Shown in pieces: positions 20,759 through 33,667 of a stretch of 36,411 bases of DNA (position 1 is the stretch's first letter; every line of letters begins with the position of its first letter). The notes below the pieces were generated by a model, which saw nothing but the letters and a program-made list of their open reading frames with translations, was not told the origin of the DNA and ran no database searches. Made by a program: the position numbers and the translations under genes. This DNA comes from Fonticula-like sp. SCN 57-25 (taxonomy: Eukaryota), in NCBI GenBank assembly GCA_001724245.1, contig MEDX01000038.1, forward strand, positions 1 to 36,411, written 5' to 3'.

Positions 20759-23700
20759 CTACGCGCTGGCCACCGCCGCCGGGCTATACGCCTCCATAAT
20801 GTTGAGCATGGCACGCGTTGCGTGTTCTTCCGTCTTGAAGGAAACGGTGCTGCGATCGGAAAGCTCAATGACAAGTTTGCCGCTCTCGTCCATCTTGCGC
20901 TTCTCCATCTCGTCAAATTTGGCATTCCAGATCGCCTGCTTGGACGAAGCGCCCACGACTTCCAGCCCGTTGCTGTCAACAATGACGACCGCCTTGCGCG
21001 CGCCGACGTGGACAGGGCAGAAGGAAGCACCATAGTGCTTGAGCCCGTGAACCAATTCCAAGAACCCGCGACGCGCAGCGGCCCCCGACATGGTCTTGGC
21101 CGACTTGCTTGCGGCGACCCACTCGTCCACGCTGTGCTGGTCAAAGTGGTCGCGGGGAACGCAGGCGCGGACGATGCTGGGCAGGTGGGCCTCGATATCG
21201 GCCACAATGATGCCAGCCGACTCGATCGAGATCGCGGCGAGCAGCGCGACACCACGCTTGGCGTCCTCGGCAGTGCAGCCGTAGCGACCGGCGAGGTAGT
21301 GCAACGACAGCTGGCTCACGAGCATGTGCGCAACATTGTCCGGGAGCTCCGACAAAGGGCGCGAAAGCTCGTCCACGGTGAACAGACGACGCTTGAACGA
21401 GAGAGCAAACGGCTCGGACGCCGCGGCGCGAAGCGCGATAACGTCCCACACAAAGTCGTCGGCATTCAACCAGTCGTCGACACCGTCCTGCGTCTCAATG
21501 CACAGTCCAAAGTCGCCGCGAAGCCATGTCGGCACGTTGAGCGAGGCGGCAACGGCGTCCGAGGTGCGTGACGCGCGCGCGTGGAGCGGCGTGGCAAAGC
21601 GCACCACAGTGCCGTCGGCACAGGTAACCACGATCTGGGCCGCGTACGGCTCCAAATCAAGCTTCGCAGGAGGCAGCGCGAGAGACAGGTGCGCAGTGAG
21701 TGAGCGGAAGAACGTTTCCATCTCCTGCTCCGCGGGGCCCACAGCGCGGCCGCCCGATGCCGACGTCCAGCCGATAAAGTGATGAACGTGCTGGGCGGTG
21801 CCGCTCAGCACGGGGGTGTCGCAGCGATTGAGGGCAGCCAGCACGAATGGCAGCATGTCGGAAGGAACCGGGACCGACGCTGCAAGCCACGAAAAAGCGA
21901 TCCAGACCCGCGACGACGATGCGAGGGTCGCGTCCGTCAGCTGGGCGACAAGGAAAAAGTACGCGTTGGCCGCGCAGCTCTCGTGCTTGCGACAAATCGA
22001 GATAAGCTTGCACAGCAAAACTTGAAGCGAATGCGCAGTCGACGTTGACGCGGCACTAAGCTGCAGCAGAAGCGTAGAGATCTGCGCAATCTCCGTCTCC
22101 GTCTTGCCCGCCGCCGGGTGCTTGGCAAAGGAAGAGTTCAGCGGATCGCGCACAGCGCTCAGCTTTCCGGAATACTTGGTCGTATATGCCGTAGACGCAA
22201 ATTGGGTGGCAAATGTGGCAGGCGCATATGCGCTGGGATCGGCCTTGGATGCCTTGTCGGCCGTCACAAACGCCGAAGACGGGCTCCACTTTGGCGTGTC
22301 AAAGTGCGACAAGGCAATGGCGGCCGGCTTGGCGGCCGCGGCCAGCTGCTCCTGGCGGCGGGCGCGCTTGTCGCGGACAAGGCGCATGGCAGCAGCGGCG
22401 CGCTCGCGCTCGGCCGCCTTGGCCCTATATACGACCATCTTGGCAAGCGCCTGGCGCGTACGGATGGCCTGCTGCAGAACACCTGCGGCCACAACCTGCT
22501 TGTTCTCCTCGTGGAACTTAAGGCGCCTCAGCTGCAGCTTTGCGGCACGCTGGTGAGCGGCAACCTGGAGAATAAGGGCCTGCTCACGAAGAGCCTTGAG
22601 GTGCGCAACGGCAAAGTTGGTACGAATAGCTAGAAGCAGTATTTGTTAGCCGCGAGCAGAAAAAGAAACAGGAAGCGTACCAGCCTGAATGTCCGTAAGA
22701 GACTTCTTTGACCTGAGGAACTTTTGGCGCTGCACGTTTCCGCGAAGCATCTTGATGACAATCATGGCAGTGGCCGCTTTCACCTGGGTCTCAAGCTTTG
22801 AAAAGGCTGCGTCGGTGAGGAACACCTTGGTCTTGCCAACCTGCCAAAGATTCGGATAGCCTCCCGGCATGAGCTTGTCGAGCAGCACAATGGTTTTGTC
22901 GTTGATGCTGAGCTGGTCGTGATCGGGCCTGCGCTCCTTGACGAGCTGGCTGTAGCGCTCGAGCACAGTCGGAATGGCGAGGCGGCGCGGGTACCCGCTC
23001 TTGCGGATGCGCACGGTCTCGAGCATACCGGTGTAGCGCAGCTGCTCCAACAGCATGTCGCTGTTGGCCATGCCGGGTTTCTTCATGGCATTCGGCTTGA
23101 GACAGCGGATGAAGAGAGGGGAGCTCGACTGCAGGGTTTCCATGAGAGACGCGAGCGACTCGCGGAACTTGGAAAAGACCGACAGGGCAGCATGGCGGCG
23201 CGATCCCGAGCGCACCGAGTGGACAATTTCCTCCTGGTCCCTCAAGAACAGGCCGCTAACAAGAGAATTCGGCGGTGCAGACGTCGTAAACAGCATAATA
23301 ATCTCCTGACCAAGCGTGTCGTGGTTCTTCTCCAAAAATCCGCGAGCATCATAGACAATGCGCCCAGCGTAGTGGCTAATCGCAAACGTAGGGTCCGCCT
23401 GGGAGCGGCGCGAAAAGACGCCCGCGCTCTCGACACCGTGCGCCTTGTCAAACTTTGACAGAAGCGAGAGGTCGGTCGAGTTCGGAAGGCGGCCCTCGTC
23501 ATCGAGAATGTGGATAAGACCATTCGGGCGCTAAAAAGCAGGGTCAATCAAAGAGCACAAGGCATTGAATAGTGGCATACCAATTCGAAAACGTCGATGC
23601 AGGCCCTGTTATCGGTGAAATCAATGGCGGCCCACCAAATTCCCTCGGCGGTGTAGAGATCCTGCTCGGCCTTGAAAACAGTCTTCTGGAAGAACTGCTG

Positions 23701-24979
23701 GAGGCGTTCGTTCGCGTGGTTGATGCACAGCTGCTCAAATCGGTTCACGTCAAAGTTTTCAAAGCCAAAGATGTCCAGCACGCCAATAAAGTAGGAACGG
23801 ACGTGCTCGCCGACCGTCGTGAGCGAGTTGATCGTGTCGACAAGGTAGCGGAAAATGTAGGCGTAGAGGGCTTTGCTGACAGTGTCACGAGCATTAACCG
23901 CGCGCTCGACGGTAAGCGGCGATTGAATGACCGCCTGACGCATCCGAATCTCGCGGAAAAGCAGCACGCGGGTGAGCTCAGCCGGCGAAATCTGCAGCAG
24001 GGCAGCCGCGTTCTCGACCTCGCCGGGGTTATCCACCGCCGCAGCCGCAAGCTGCGATGAGCTATCGGGGTCAGTCACGTCGTTGTTGGGAGCGGGAGAA
24101 AAGGTGACATTGCCGAGATGAAGGATGGCAGCGACGGTGTCAAAGATGGAATCCCGAATGGCCGCATCGACTCCGAGGCTGTTGAAGGCACCGACGATCG
24201 TGTTGTAGTCGGCATGCTCGTCATTTCCGGCGACATCGTAGCAGTTACTCTGGTTGAGATAAAAGTAGTCCTCGACCTTGCCGAGGCGAAGTCGCGAGCG
24301 AACTTCGGCGGGGCTCTTGAGCAGCGCATAAAAGATGTGGTAGTTGCGCTCACCCAGGCCCGGCCGCACAATGCGCGACTTTTCAAGAAGGAAAATGTCG
24401 ATCGCAGAGCCCACAATGGTACCCTCGGCGTTGTAGCGCACTTTCACAAACTTTCCGAAACGGCTCGAGTTGTCGTTGCGCACCGTCTTGGCGTTGCCAA
24501 ACGCCTCGAGAATGGGGTTGGCGTGCATAATCTTGCTGGCAATGTCGGAATTCGAATCGCCATTCAAGTGTGTAAGAAAACGGAGGATCATCTTGGAGCA
24601 CTCGGTCTTTCCAGCGCCACTTTCTCCGCTAATGATGATGGCCTGGTTGCCTGCCGTTTCACGCAGCAGAGCCGAGTTGCGGGCATTGCTATACGATTCG
24701 TCGGCCAGCGCATAAATGTGAGGCGCCAGCTGATCATTGATGCCTTGCCGAGTATACCGCTCCAAAAACTCCTTTCCGTAAAGCGGGACGTTGCGATACG
24801 GGTTCACCGAAACCAGGATGTTGCCCACATACGTCTAAAGCCAACAATGAGACGCGCCACACGTGCCAGAAACATCGTACGTAGATCTTGTCCTGCTTGT
24901 AGCGAGTAATAAGTTGATCCAGAACAACTTCCTCCGACAACTCGTCCAAATTGATCAAGTTGTCGATCTCCGCCGCCAT
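20759..24979 (-). CDS. Unconventional myosin: motor, IQ motifs and a single MyTH4-FERM tail, about 1357 aa; exons 24979-24881, 24834-23581, 23530-22681, 22629-20759
   Basis: IYTYVGNILVSVNPY, P-loop GESGAGKT, NDNSSRFGK, LDIFGFE, FIRCLKPN, QLRYTGMLETVRIR and GKTKVF. MyTH4-like AYFFLVAQLT...RVW...GGRAVGPAEQE. FERM-like FGLCI, FKRRLF and LKHYGASF. Introns of 46, 50 and 51 nt keep the frame. Confidence 0.9.
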
Positions 24980-25456
24980 GGTGCTCGAAGGGCCGGCAAA
25001 ATCACAGCGGAAATGCGCTGCTCTCTCGCGATACGGCGCCAAACACAATGCGCGTGCTTGGCCCGATTCAGCCGAAAATCAGTCCAAAATAGAACTCCGA
25101 TCTCACTGATCCGAGAAATGCAATCAGAGAAATAAGTGAAATCAGTCGCGCACCACTGTATCCGGATCAAAAGCGATCGCGATCGACTCTATGTTTGCTA
25201 CCCGCTACCCCGCGCTCCGGTCCCCCCTCGGTGGATTGTTGTGTGCCTCCACATTGCTTTTGTGGATCCAGCTCTCAACGCAAGACTGTGAGTAGTTGTG
25301 CTATTGTCAAGTTAATTTACCGTGGCTTTTCTGAAAGCCATCTTTGAAAGTGCAAGTTTACATCGGAAGTGGTAAACGATTGTTTGGAGGGAGACGACCT
25401 TCAACGACCACTAGTGTTTGAAAGCCGTCGTTCGGAACTGTTTATGATTTACGAAA

Positions 25457-26329
25457 ATGCCAGAATGGCACAATGCTGAGGCGGGCGGCAGTGTTCAGCT
25501 GCCGCCTGGCAAGGGCGAGCGCCCGGTGGACATTCGCACCAACCGCTCGTCCATGCCAGACGGTGCTACCGAGAGCCTGTCGCCCGCTTCTTCGTTCCAC
25601 TCGGTCTCTCGCAGCGACTTTCTTCGCCCGCGACCCAAGTCTTCGAGCGACGCTCTGAAGCCTTGCATCGACCTTCTCAGCAGCGGAACCATCTTTGTCG
25701 GTTCGCAGTTCTCCGAATCGGACTGGCACGTCCGAACGGTACGACACGTAATCAAAATTTACTGAATGCTGAATGGCAATGCTGCGTTACAGAGCATCAT
25801 CGACTCTGACTTGCAGCGCGGTCAGGTCCGCGGTATTTTGGTACGTTGACTAAAGGCTTGCGTGTATGTGTGCACTCGCACTGACTCTTGACGTTGGTCA
25901 TCTTTGTAGGAGGCGCAGAACTGGGAAGTGCCCGGTGGGTCGATCATGACATACTGGGAGGGAGAAATCGTTGACAACATCAACTATTTTTTTCTGACCA
26001 ACAAGTGGAACGCTTCAGCTTTGTCCGACTCGCAGCACTGGTCCAAGTTTGCGGCTTTCCGTGAATCAGACGTGCAAAGTCACTATGCTCGCAAGAATTT
26101 GGAGAGCGAGCGTTTCATTTTCATGCGCTGGAAGGAAAAGTTTTTCCTCAACGTCCGCGACCCCGACGAGTGTGGAATGTCTATTGCGGGCTTTTACTAT
26201 CTGTGTATGGACCGCAGAACCAGGGTCGTTGAGGGATACTACGTCGATCAATCGAGCACGCCCAACCAACATCTCATCCTGGCGCCGCACGCGCGCCACT
26301 TTCAGAAGAGCTCGTTTGCATTCGCGTAG
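25457..26329 (+). CDS. GID4: GID/CTLH complex substrate receptor GID4 (Vid24), 249 aa; exons 25457-25738, 25793-25840, 25910-26329
   Basis: LLSSGTIFVGSQ, TYWEGEIVD, FLTNKWNA...DSQHWSKF, IFMRWKEKFF, SIAGFYYLC and GYYVD...PNQHL motifs. Two phase-0 introns. Confidence 0.92.
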
Positions 26330-26717
26330 TTCAGGACCAAACTTTGGGGCAACGTTGCCATTGTGTTTTAGAGTGTCTCTCTCCCTGTGCGTTCCTCCTC
26401 TTTTGCGGTAGCGTGCTTAGCAAAAAAAATCTCGGCGGGTCCCGAGAGCAAAAGTAAAACGAAGACTAATTGTGAAAAATATGTACTGTATGTTAGAAGA
26501 TATTGGAATAGTAATATATTGATACTTTCGCGTATTTGCTCATTGGTGATTGCCCTTGGCACCAAGCCTCTGTCGCTGCATCACCGCTTCAACACTGGAT
26601 ACTCTAGGTGATCACAAAATGTACAAGAGACTTTTCATGACAGTTTCAAGATTTCAAATGCTCTCTCTGCTGGCCTAAAGTTGAGTAAATGATAGCATTC
26701 CTTCCTTCCTTCTAGTC

Positions 26718-26863
26718 TTTTTCGCGCCGTGGCGGGCTGCAACCAGGGGTGAACCGGTTTGCTTTTGGCGCCAATCATGGGGATTTTGGCGAATATTTTG
26801 GCGCCAAAAAGGCAAAATCGCATGCGGGGTAATCATATGCAAACTGCAAACCTGCACCACGTG
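26718..26863. promoter_or_regulatory. Cluster of E2F-consensus sites plus an E-box upstream of URA2/CAD
   Basis: TTTTTCGCGCC at 26718, TTTTGGCGCCAA at 26763, TTTTGGCG at 26784, palindrome TTTTGGCGCCAAAA at 26796-26809, CACGTG at 26858. Confidence 0.55.
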
Positions 26864-26999
26864 TGCTTCTCTAAAGGCTCTTGTGGGACGACCAAGGTCT
26901 CGTTCATCGAATTGCCTCGATCCCTGTTTCTCTCTCGAATTAACTGCCTGTCTCGGAGTCGGCTTTGGCACGGCTCTTTGACCCGTTTTGAGAGAGAGA

Positions 27000-29900
27000 A
27001 TGGCCACTATGGGACCAGCCTCGTTGGTTTTGAGTGACGGATCGGTGTTTCATGGGCAATCTTTTGGCGCCCCGGTGGAAGTGACTGGCGAGGCCGTCTT
27101 CACGACCGGCATGGTCGGCTACCCCGAGTCTCTCACAGACCCTTCGTACCGCGGACAGCTTCTTGTCCTCACATACCCTCTGGTCGGCAACTACGGCATG
27201 TTTTCCGACAAGGAGGTCGACGCGAATGGCCTTCCCGTTCACCTCGAATCTGAGCGCATCCAGGTGTCTGCCCTGATTGTCGGCTCCTACTCCACCAACC
27301 ATTCTCACTGGCGCGCCGTCGAGTCCCTCGCTGCTTGGCTTCAGCGCAGCGGCGTTCCGGCTATCTGCGGTGTTGACACCCGCGCCCTCACCAAGAAGCT
27401 CCGCTCAAACGGTGTTATGCTCGGCGCGATCGTGAATGGCCACGAGCCCGTCGGCACCGCCCGCGCTTCTTCTATCGAGGACCCCAACGTTCGCAACCTT
27501 GTTGCTGAGGTTTCCACGCCGGCTCCCCGTTTGTTCCGCGCCACCAACAATATTCGCGAGGGTGAGCCCGCCCCGCGTATTTGCGCTGTTGACGTCGGTA
27601 TCAAGTACAACCAGATTCGCTGCTTCACCGAGCGCGGCTGCGACGTCGAGGTGGTTCCGTGGGACCACAACCTTTCTCAGGTTACCTGCGATGGCATTTT
27701 CCTCAGTAACGGACCTGGCGACCCGACCCGCTGCGACAAGACTATTGCCAACCTCCGCACGGTCCTGGCTGCTGCCAAGAAGCCCATCTTTGGCATTTGC
27801 CTCGGCCACCAGCTCCTTTCGCTTGCTGCCGGCGCCAAGACGCGCAAGATGCTCTACGGCAACCGCGGTCAGAATATTCCCTGCATTGATCAGGAGAGCG
27901 GCCGCTGCTACATCACCTCTCAGAACCATGGCTTCGCCGTCGATGCGGCTTCGCTCCCTGATGGCTGGAAGGAGCTTTTTGTCAACGCGAACGACGGTTC
28001 CAACGAGGGCGTGAAGCACACCACGCTTCCCTACTTTTCGGTGCAGTTCCACCCCGAGTCCTTCTGCGGCCCGCGCGATACCGAGTTCCTCTTTGATCGC
28101 TTCATCGATGCCGTTCGCGCCGCGCGCGCCCTTCCTCCGACCGCGACTCTGCAGCCGCTGCCGGTCATTCCTCACATCACGCGCCACGAGCGCGTTCGCG
28201 TCCGCAAGGTCCTCATTCTTGGATCTGGAGGCCTTTCCATCGGTCAGGCTGGCGAGTTCGACTACTCTGGTTCGCAGGCTATCAAGGCCCTTAAGGAGGA
28301 GGGTATCTACACCGTTCTCATCAACCCCAACATTGCGACCATCCAGACGAGCAAGGGTCTCGCGGACAAGGTTTACTTCTTGCCCGTCAACGCCGAGTTT
28401 GTTCGCAAGGTCATCCAATACGAGCGCCCCGACGGCATTTACGTGTCGTTTGGTGGTCAGACCGCTCTCAACGTTGGTGTGCAGCTCAAGGACGAGTTTG
28501 AGGGCCTTGGCGTCCGTGTCCTTGGTACCCCGATCGACACCGTCATCCTCACCGAGGATCGCGAGATGTTTGCTCGTGCCATGGAGTCTATTGGCGAGCG
28601 TTGCGCCGCCAGCGCTTCGGCTACCACTGTTGAGGAGGGCATGGCAGCGGGCCGCTCGATCGGCTTCCCTGTCATCGTGCGCGCTGCCTTTGCGCTTGGC
28701 GGTCTCGGCTCGGGCTTTGCCAACAACGAGGAGGAGCTTCTCGACCTGTGCCACAAGGCGTTTGCTGTCTCCCCGCAGGTTTTGATCGAGCGCTCCATGA
28801 AGGGCTGGAAGGAGATCGAGTACGAGGTGGTGCGCGATATCAACGACAACTGCATCACTGTCTGCAACATGGAGAACTTTGACCCCCTCGGTATTCACAC
28901 CGGCGACTCCATCGTGGTTGCTCCTTCGCAGACGCTCAGCGACCGCGACTACCATCGTCTCCGCACGACGGCCATCAATGTTATTCGCCACCTTGGTGTC
29001 GTTGGTGAGTGCAACATCCAGTATGCCGTCAACCCTGACTCGGACGAGTATTGCATTATTGAGGTCAACGCCCGCCTTTCTCGGTCGTCTGCGCTTGCCT
29101 CAAAGGCCACCGGCTACCCGCTCGCCTTTGTGGCGGCCAAGCTCGGTCTCCACATTCCGCTCACCGAGATCAAGAACAGCGTGACCCGCTCGACCTGCGC
29201 TTGCTTTGAGCCTTCGCTCGATTACTGCGTCGTCAAGGTCCCCCGCTGGGATCTGCGCAAGTTCACCCGCGTGTCGACTCGCATTGCGTCGGCCATGAAG
29301 TCGGTCGGTGAGGTCATGGCTATTGGCCGCACCTTTGAGGAGGCTATCCAGAAGGCCATTCGTGCCGTCGATCCGTCGTTCCAGGGCTTTGAGAAGAACA
29401 ACATCTGCACCGCGTCGGACGAGGCCCTCTCGGTGCCCACCGATGCCCGTCTCTTTGCCGTCGCCAACGCGATGCACAGCGGCTACACGAACGAGCGTAT
29501 CTGGGAGTTGACCAAGATTGATCATTGGTTCCTCGATAAGCTTCGCAACATTGTCAACATGGACAACACGATTTCGGGCCTGTCGGTCAACCTCGCCGAT
29601 TTCCCTACCGACCTTCTGCGCCGCGCCAAGCAGCTCGGCTTTGGCGACCCGCAAATCTCGCGCTGCATCAAGTCGACGGCGCTTGCTGTGCGCCAGCTCC
29701 GCCTCGAGCGCGGCGTCGTCCCTGTCGTCAAGCAGATCGACACCGTTGCCGCCGAGTTCCCCGCGCACACCAACTACCTGTACCTTACGTACAACGGCAC
29801 CGAGAACGACGTTGAATTCCGCGATCAGGGTGTTATCGTGCTTGGCTCCGGTGTCTACCGCATCGGTAGTTCGGTCGAGTTCGACTGGTGCGCCGTGCGC

Positions 29901-32900
29901 TGCATTCGCACCCTCCGCGCCAACGGCTTCAAGACGGTCATGATCAACTACAACCCCGAGACTGTCTCGACCGACTACGATGAGGCCGACCGTCTCTACT
30001 TTGAGAACATTATCCCGGAGACTGTGCTCGACATCTACACTCTCGAGCAGTCTAGCGGCGTGGTTGTTTCGATGGGTGGCCAGACCCCCAACAACATTGC
30101 GCAGCTCCTGGACCGCCAGCACGTCAACATTCTCGGCACCACCGCCGATATGATCGACACCGCCGAGAACCGCTACAAGTTCTCCCGTATGCTGGACAAG
30201 ATTGGTGTCGACCAGCCCGAGTGGCGCGAAATTACCTCCATGGATGACTCTCGCGCGTTCTGCCGCAAGGTTGGCTACCCCGTCCTTGTCCGCCCCTCCT
30301 ACGTGCTCTCCGGCGCGGCCATGACGGTCGTCTTTACTGAGGCCGACCTCGAGGGTTACCTCAACAAGGCCACTGCGGTTTCGCCCGAACACCCCGTCGT
30401 CATTTCCAAGTTCATCGAGAACGCCAAGGAAATTGAGGTTGACGCTATTGCGCGCCAGGGCGAGGTTGTGATGCACATCGTTGCTGAGCACGTCGAGAAC
30501 GCCGGTGTCCACTCTGGTGATGCCACCCTTGTTCTTCCGCCGCAGGATCTGGACGCGGAGACTGTCGCCAAGATTGAGATTGCCACTCGCAAGATTGGAA
30601 ATGCGCTCAACGTGACTGGCCCCTACAACATTCAGTTCATCGCCAAGGATGGACAGATTAAGGTGATTGAGTGCAACCTCCGCGCTTCGCGCTCAATGCC
30701 CTTTGCCTCAAAGGTGCTGGATGTCGATCTTATCGAGATGGCCACGCGCGTCATGATGGGTCTCCCTGTGACCCCGTACCCCCCGACGAACGTGGATTAC
30801 GTCGCTGTCAAGGTGCCGCAGTTCTCGTTCTCCCGCCTCAGCGGAGCCGACCCTGTGCTTGGTGTCGAGATGGCCTCCACCGGCGAGGTTGCGTGCTTTG
30901 GCAAGGACAAGTACGAGGCGTATCTCAAGGCGCTGCTGTCGACCGCCTTTGTGCTTCCGAAGAAGAACATTCTCCTTTCGATTGGCTCGTACAAGGAGAA
31001 GGTGGAGATGTTTGCCAGCGTCGAGCGCCTTCATCAGATGGGCTACAAGCTCTTTGGCACGGCGGGAACGGCCGACTACTACCGCGAGCAAGGCTTGCCT
31101 ATTACCACGCTCGAGTTGATGGGTGAGAATTCTGGTGAGGGTCTGCGCGAGGAGTACAGCTTGACCCACGCTCTTGCCAACAAGCACATTGACCTCTACA
31201 TCAACCTTCCGTCGAACAATTCGTACCGCCGCCCGGCCAACTACATGTCTGCCGGTTACGTGTCTCGCCGCATGGCCGTTGATTTCTCGATTCCCCTTAT
31301 CACCAACGTCAAGTGTGCCAAGCTCTTTGTCGAGTCGATTGCTCGCAAGGATGACCTTCCCATCCACATGTATGACTACAAGACCTCTTCGGCCACCGCT
31401 CTTCTGCCGGGCCTTATCGATCTCAACATGCACCTCGCCGAAGCGACCGAGTCGGCCATTGCCAAGGTCACGTCGGACGCGCTTGCTGGCGGTTTCACGG
31501 CCGTGGGCCTTTCCGGTATCAGCGCCAAGGACATTGCTGCTGTTCGTGCGGCTGTTCGCGCTGGTGCTGTCTGCGACGTTGCTCTTTTGCCCGAGTCGGA
31601 TGGCGCTTCTGTGGACGCTCTGTCTATGGCTGTTGCCTACCCGGCCGCCAACGTGGCTTCCATGGCGAAGCTGACTGCTGCTTTTGCCGCTTGGCCGACC
31701 ACTGGTGCTCCCCTCGTGAGCGCTGTTGAGGGTGCAGAGCTCGCTGCCATGATTTTCCTGGCCTCGGCGGCTCAGCGGGCCATCCACTTTACTGGTGTTA
31801 AGCGTGCCGTTGATCTTGTCGTTATTCGCGCTGCCAAGGAGCGCGGCCACAAGGTGACATGCGACGTTTCTATTGGTGCTCTCTTCTTTGCCCAGGACTC
31901 GTCCGATGCTGCCGCTGAAGAGGTGGAGGCGATGTGGAGCTCCCTCGATGTAATTGATTGCTTCACCGCTTCCTCTGAGACTGTCGCCACCGCCTTGTCA
32001 TTGTTGATGACGGCTGTCGCTGCTGGCCGCCTGACCATCAACGATATCATCGAGCGCCTGCACGTTGCGCCGACGCGCATCTTTGGCCTCCCTGTTCAGA
32101 CCGACACCTTTGCCATTGTTGAGGTCGATCGGGACGTCAGCGCTGTTCCCAATAACGTGGTCCCCAGCGTCATCGGAGGGCGCTCAAAGCTGTGCGGCTA
32201 TGTGAGCCGCGTTGTCGTGCGTGGTGTTTCGACTATTCTGGACGCCAAGCATGTCAGCGTTTCGCGCGAGAGCGTGGCCCCCGTCGAGATCCGTCGTGTT
32301 GCTGCCACTGTTCCCCATGATGCTGCGGTTCCTGCGGCCAACCTCGCCACGAGCTCGCCGATGCTTCCGCCGGCCGCGGCGGTTGAGAGCCCTGCCCGCC
32401 GCCCTGCTGTCGCCCCTGCGACCGCTCTCCAGGCTGCGGCTCCGTCGACGGCGGTTGTGGCTTCCTCGGTGGCCCCTGCCGTTGCTACCTCGCCGTTCCT
32501 TCTGCGCTCTGTTCTCAACGTTGGGCAGTGGTCCCGCAACGATTTGCATGCGGTCTTTGGCGTCGCGCACGAGCTCAAGACGCGTCTTGAGCGCAAGTCG
32601 GGCGTCCTCGACTCTCTCCGCGGCAGGGTGCTCTGCAACCTGTTCTACGAGCCCTCCACGCGCACTTCGGCCTCTTTCGAGACTGCGATGAAGCGTCTTG
32701 GTGGCGAGGTCCTTAGCGTCAACGCCATCTCCTCTTCGGTCGCCAAGGGCGAGTCTCTTGCGGACACTGTTCGCACTCTCGAGAACTACGCCGACGTGAT
32801 TGTCATGCGTCACCCGGCCCCTGGCAGCGTTGCCGAGGCCGCCAAGGTTTCTCGCATTCCTATCATCAACGCCGGCGACGGCATTGGCGAGCACCCCACG

Positions 32901-33425
32901 CAGGCTATGCTCGACGTTTACACCATCCGTGAGGAGCTGGGCACCGTCAACGGCCTTGACATCACTATTGCCGGCGACCTGACGAACGGCCGCACGGTCC
33001 ACTCGCTTGTGCGCCTGCTCGCCCACTACAACGTGCGCATCCACTACGTCCCGGCGTCGCCTGCCCTTGGCATGCCGGAGGAGATCGTGCGCGAGCTCGC
33101 CGCTGCCAACATCAGCCAGACCGTGCACTCTTCGCTCGAGGACGTCATTGGCTTCACTGATGTTCTCTACATGACGCGCATCCAGAAGGAGCGCTTCGAG
33201 AGCGAGGCCGAGTATGACCGTGCTCGTTTTGCGGCCAAGCTCGTCGTCACTCCCGACCTTATGATCCGTGCCAAGGAAAAGATGATTGTCATGCACCCGC
33301 TGCCTCGCGTTGACGAGATCGACAAGGCTGTCGATCTTGACGCGCGTGCCGCTTACTTTAGACAGATGCGCTACGGACTGTACGTGCGTATGGCCCTTCT
33401 CTTGCTGGTCTTTGGCAAGGAATGA
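27000..33425 (+). CDS. URA2: Multifunctional pyrimidine biosynthesis protein (GATase-CPSase-pseudo-DHOase-ATCase), about 2141 aa, intronless
   Basis: [33 protein letters not shown] glutaminase triad, [13 protein letters not shown], two ATP-grasp halves, MGS domain, ATCase FYEPSTRT and MHPLPR. The DHO-like region has IDLNMHL in place of IDxHVH and lacks TDHAPH. Confidence 0.96.
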   Translation: MATMGPASLVLSDGSVFHGQSFGAPVEVTGEAVFTTGMVGYPESLTDPSYRGQLLVLTYPLVGNYGMFSDKEVDANGLPVHLESERIQVSALIVGSYSTNHSHWRAVESLAAWLQRSGVPAICGVDTRALTKKLRSNGVMLGAIVNGHEPVGTARASSIEDPNVRNLVAEVSTPAPRLFRATNNIREGEPAPRICAVDVGIKYNQIRCFTERGCDVEVVPWDHNLSQVTCDGIFLSNGPGDPTRCDKTIANLRTVLAAAKKPIFGICLGHQLLSLAAGAKTRKMLYGNRGQNIPCIDQESGRCYITSQNHGFAVDAASLPDGWKELFVNANDGSNEGVKHTTLPYFSVQFHPESFCGPRDTEFLFDRFIDAVRAARALPPTATLQPLPVIPHITRHERVRVRKVLILGSGGLSIGQAGEFDYSGSQAIKALKEEGIYTVLINPNIATIQTSKGLADKVYFLPVNAEFVRKVIQYERPDGIYVSFGGQTALNVGVQLKDEFEGLGVRVLGTPIDTVILTEDREMFARAMESIGERCAASASATTVEEGMAAGRSIGFPVIVRAAFALGGLGSGFANNEEELLDLCHKAFAVSPQVLIERSMKGWKEIEYEVVRDINDNCITVCNMENFDPLGIHTGDSIVVAPSQTLSDRDYHRLRTTAINVIRHLGVVGECNIQYAVNPDSDEYCIIEVNARLSRSSALASKATGYPLAFVAAKLGLHIPLTEIKNSVTRSTCACFEPSLDYCVVKVPRWDLRKFTRVSTRIASAMKSVGEVMAIGRTFEEAIQKAIRAVDPSFQGFEKNNICTASDEALSVPTDARLFAVANAMHSGYTNERIWELTKIDHWFLDKLRNIVNMDNTISGLSVNLADFPTDLLRRAKQLGFGDPQISRCIKSTALAVRQLRLERGVVPVVKQIDTVAAEFPAHTNYLYLTYNGTENDVEFRDQGVIVLGSGVYRIGSSVEFDWCAVRCIRTLRANGFKTVMINYNPETVSTDYDEADRLYFENIIPETVLDIYTLEQSSGVVVSMGGQTPNNIAQLLDRQHVNILGTTADMIDTAENRYKFSRMLDKIGVDQPEWREITSMDDSRAFCRKVGYPVLVRPSYVLSGAAMTVVFTEADLEGYLNKATAVSPEHPVVISKFIENAKEIEVDAIARQGEVVMHIVAEHVENAGVHSGDATLVLPPQDLDAETVAKIEIATRKIGNALNVTGPYNIQFIAKDGQIKVIECNLRASRSMPFASKVLDVDLIEMATRVMMGLPVTPYPPTNVDYVAVKVPQFSFSRLSGADPVLGVEMASTGEVACFGKDKYEAYLKALLSTAFVLPKKNILLSIGSYKEKVEMFASVERLHQMGYKLFGTAGTADYYREQGLPITTLELMGENSGEGLREEYSLTHALANKHIDLYINLPSNNSYRRPANYMSAGYVSRRMAVDFSIPLITNVKCAKLFVESIARKDDLPIHMYDYKTSSATALLPGLIDLNMHLAEATESAIAKVTSDALAGGFTAVGLSGISAKDIAAVRAAVRAGAVCDVALLPESDGASVDALSMAVAYPAANVASMAKLTAAFAAWPTTGAPLVSAVEGAELAAMIFLASAAQRAIHFTGVKRAVDLVVIRAAKERGHKVTCDVSIGALFFAQDSSDAAAEEVEAMWSSLDVIDCFTASSETVATALSLLMTAVAAGRLTINDIIERLHVAPTRIFGLPVQTDTFAIVEVDRDVSAVPNNVVPSVIGGRSKLCGYVSRVVVRGVSTILDAKHVSVSRESVAPVEIRRVAATVPHDAAVPAANLATSSPMLPPAAAVESPARRPAVAPATALQAAAPSTAVVASSVAPAVATSPFLLRSVLNVGQWSRNDLHAVFGVAHELKTRLERKSGVLDSLRGRVLCNLFYEPSTRTSASFETAMKRLGGEVLSVNAISSSVAKGESLADTVRTLENYADVIVMRHPAPGSVAEAAKVSRIPIINAGDGIGEHPTQAMLDVYTIREELGTVNGLDITIAGDLTNGRTVHSLVRLLAHYNVRIHYVPASPALGMPEEIVRELAAANISQTVHSSLEDVIGFTDVLYMTRIQKERFESEAEYDRARFAAKLVVTPDLMIRAKEKMIVMHPLPRVDEIDKAVDLDARAAYFRQMRYGLYVRMALLLLVFGKE

Positions 33426-33667
33426 GGTCACTTCACTCGTCCAAGCCCCACAAGGTATTGAATGTGCCACAATGACGGCATGGTCGATTAAAAATTTACT
33501 TTTCTTCACCACTCTTTCTCTCTCTTAAGTGTATGTCGCGGAAAAAACATTTTAATAAATTACTCTGAATACAATCTTTGAAACCTGCAGTAAACGATTT
33601 ATTGAGCCAAATATTTCCACATACAATATCTGAAAGCATACTGCTTGCCACAGTTTGAACAGCTAAA

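Noticed and set aside
10806-26329. Functional cluster of GID4 with an MDH (a GID substrate class in yeast)
   Set aside because: The genes are about 14 kb apart with unrelated genes between them, and the MDH-like protein lacks an N-terminal Pro degron. Probably coincidence.
26759-27037. Regulatory uORF analogous to the CPA1 arginine attenuator peptide
   Set aside because: There is no resemblance to that peptide, the TSS is unknown, and this gene is the pyrimidine-specific enzyme.
27405-33512. Antisense ORFs of 380-528 aa opposite URA2
   Set aside because: They mirror a strongly codon-biased sense gene and have no independent protein features.
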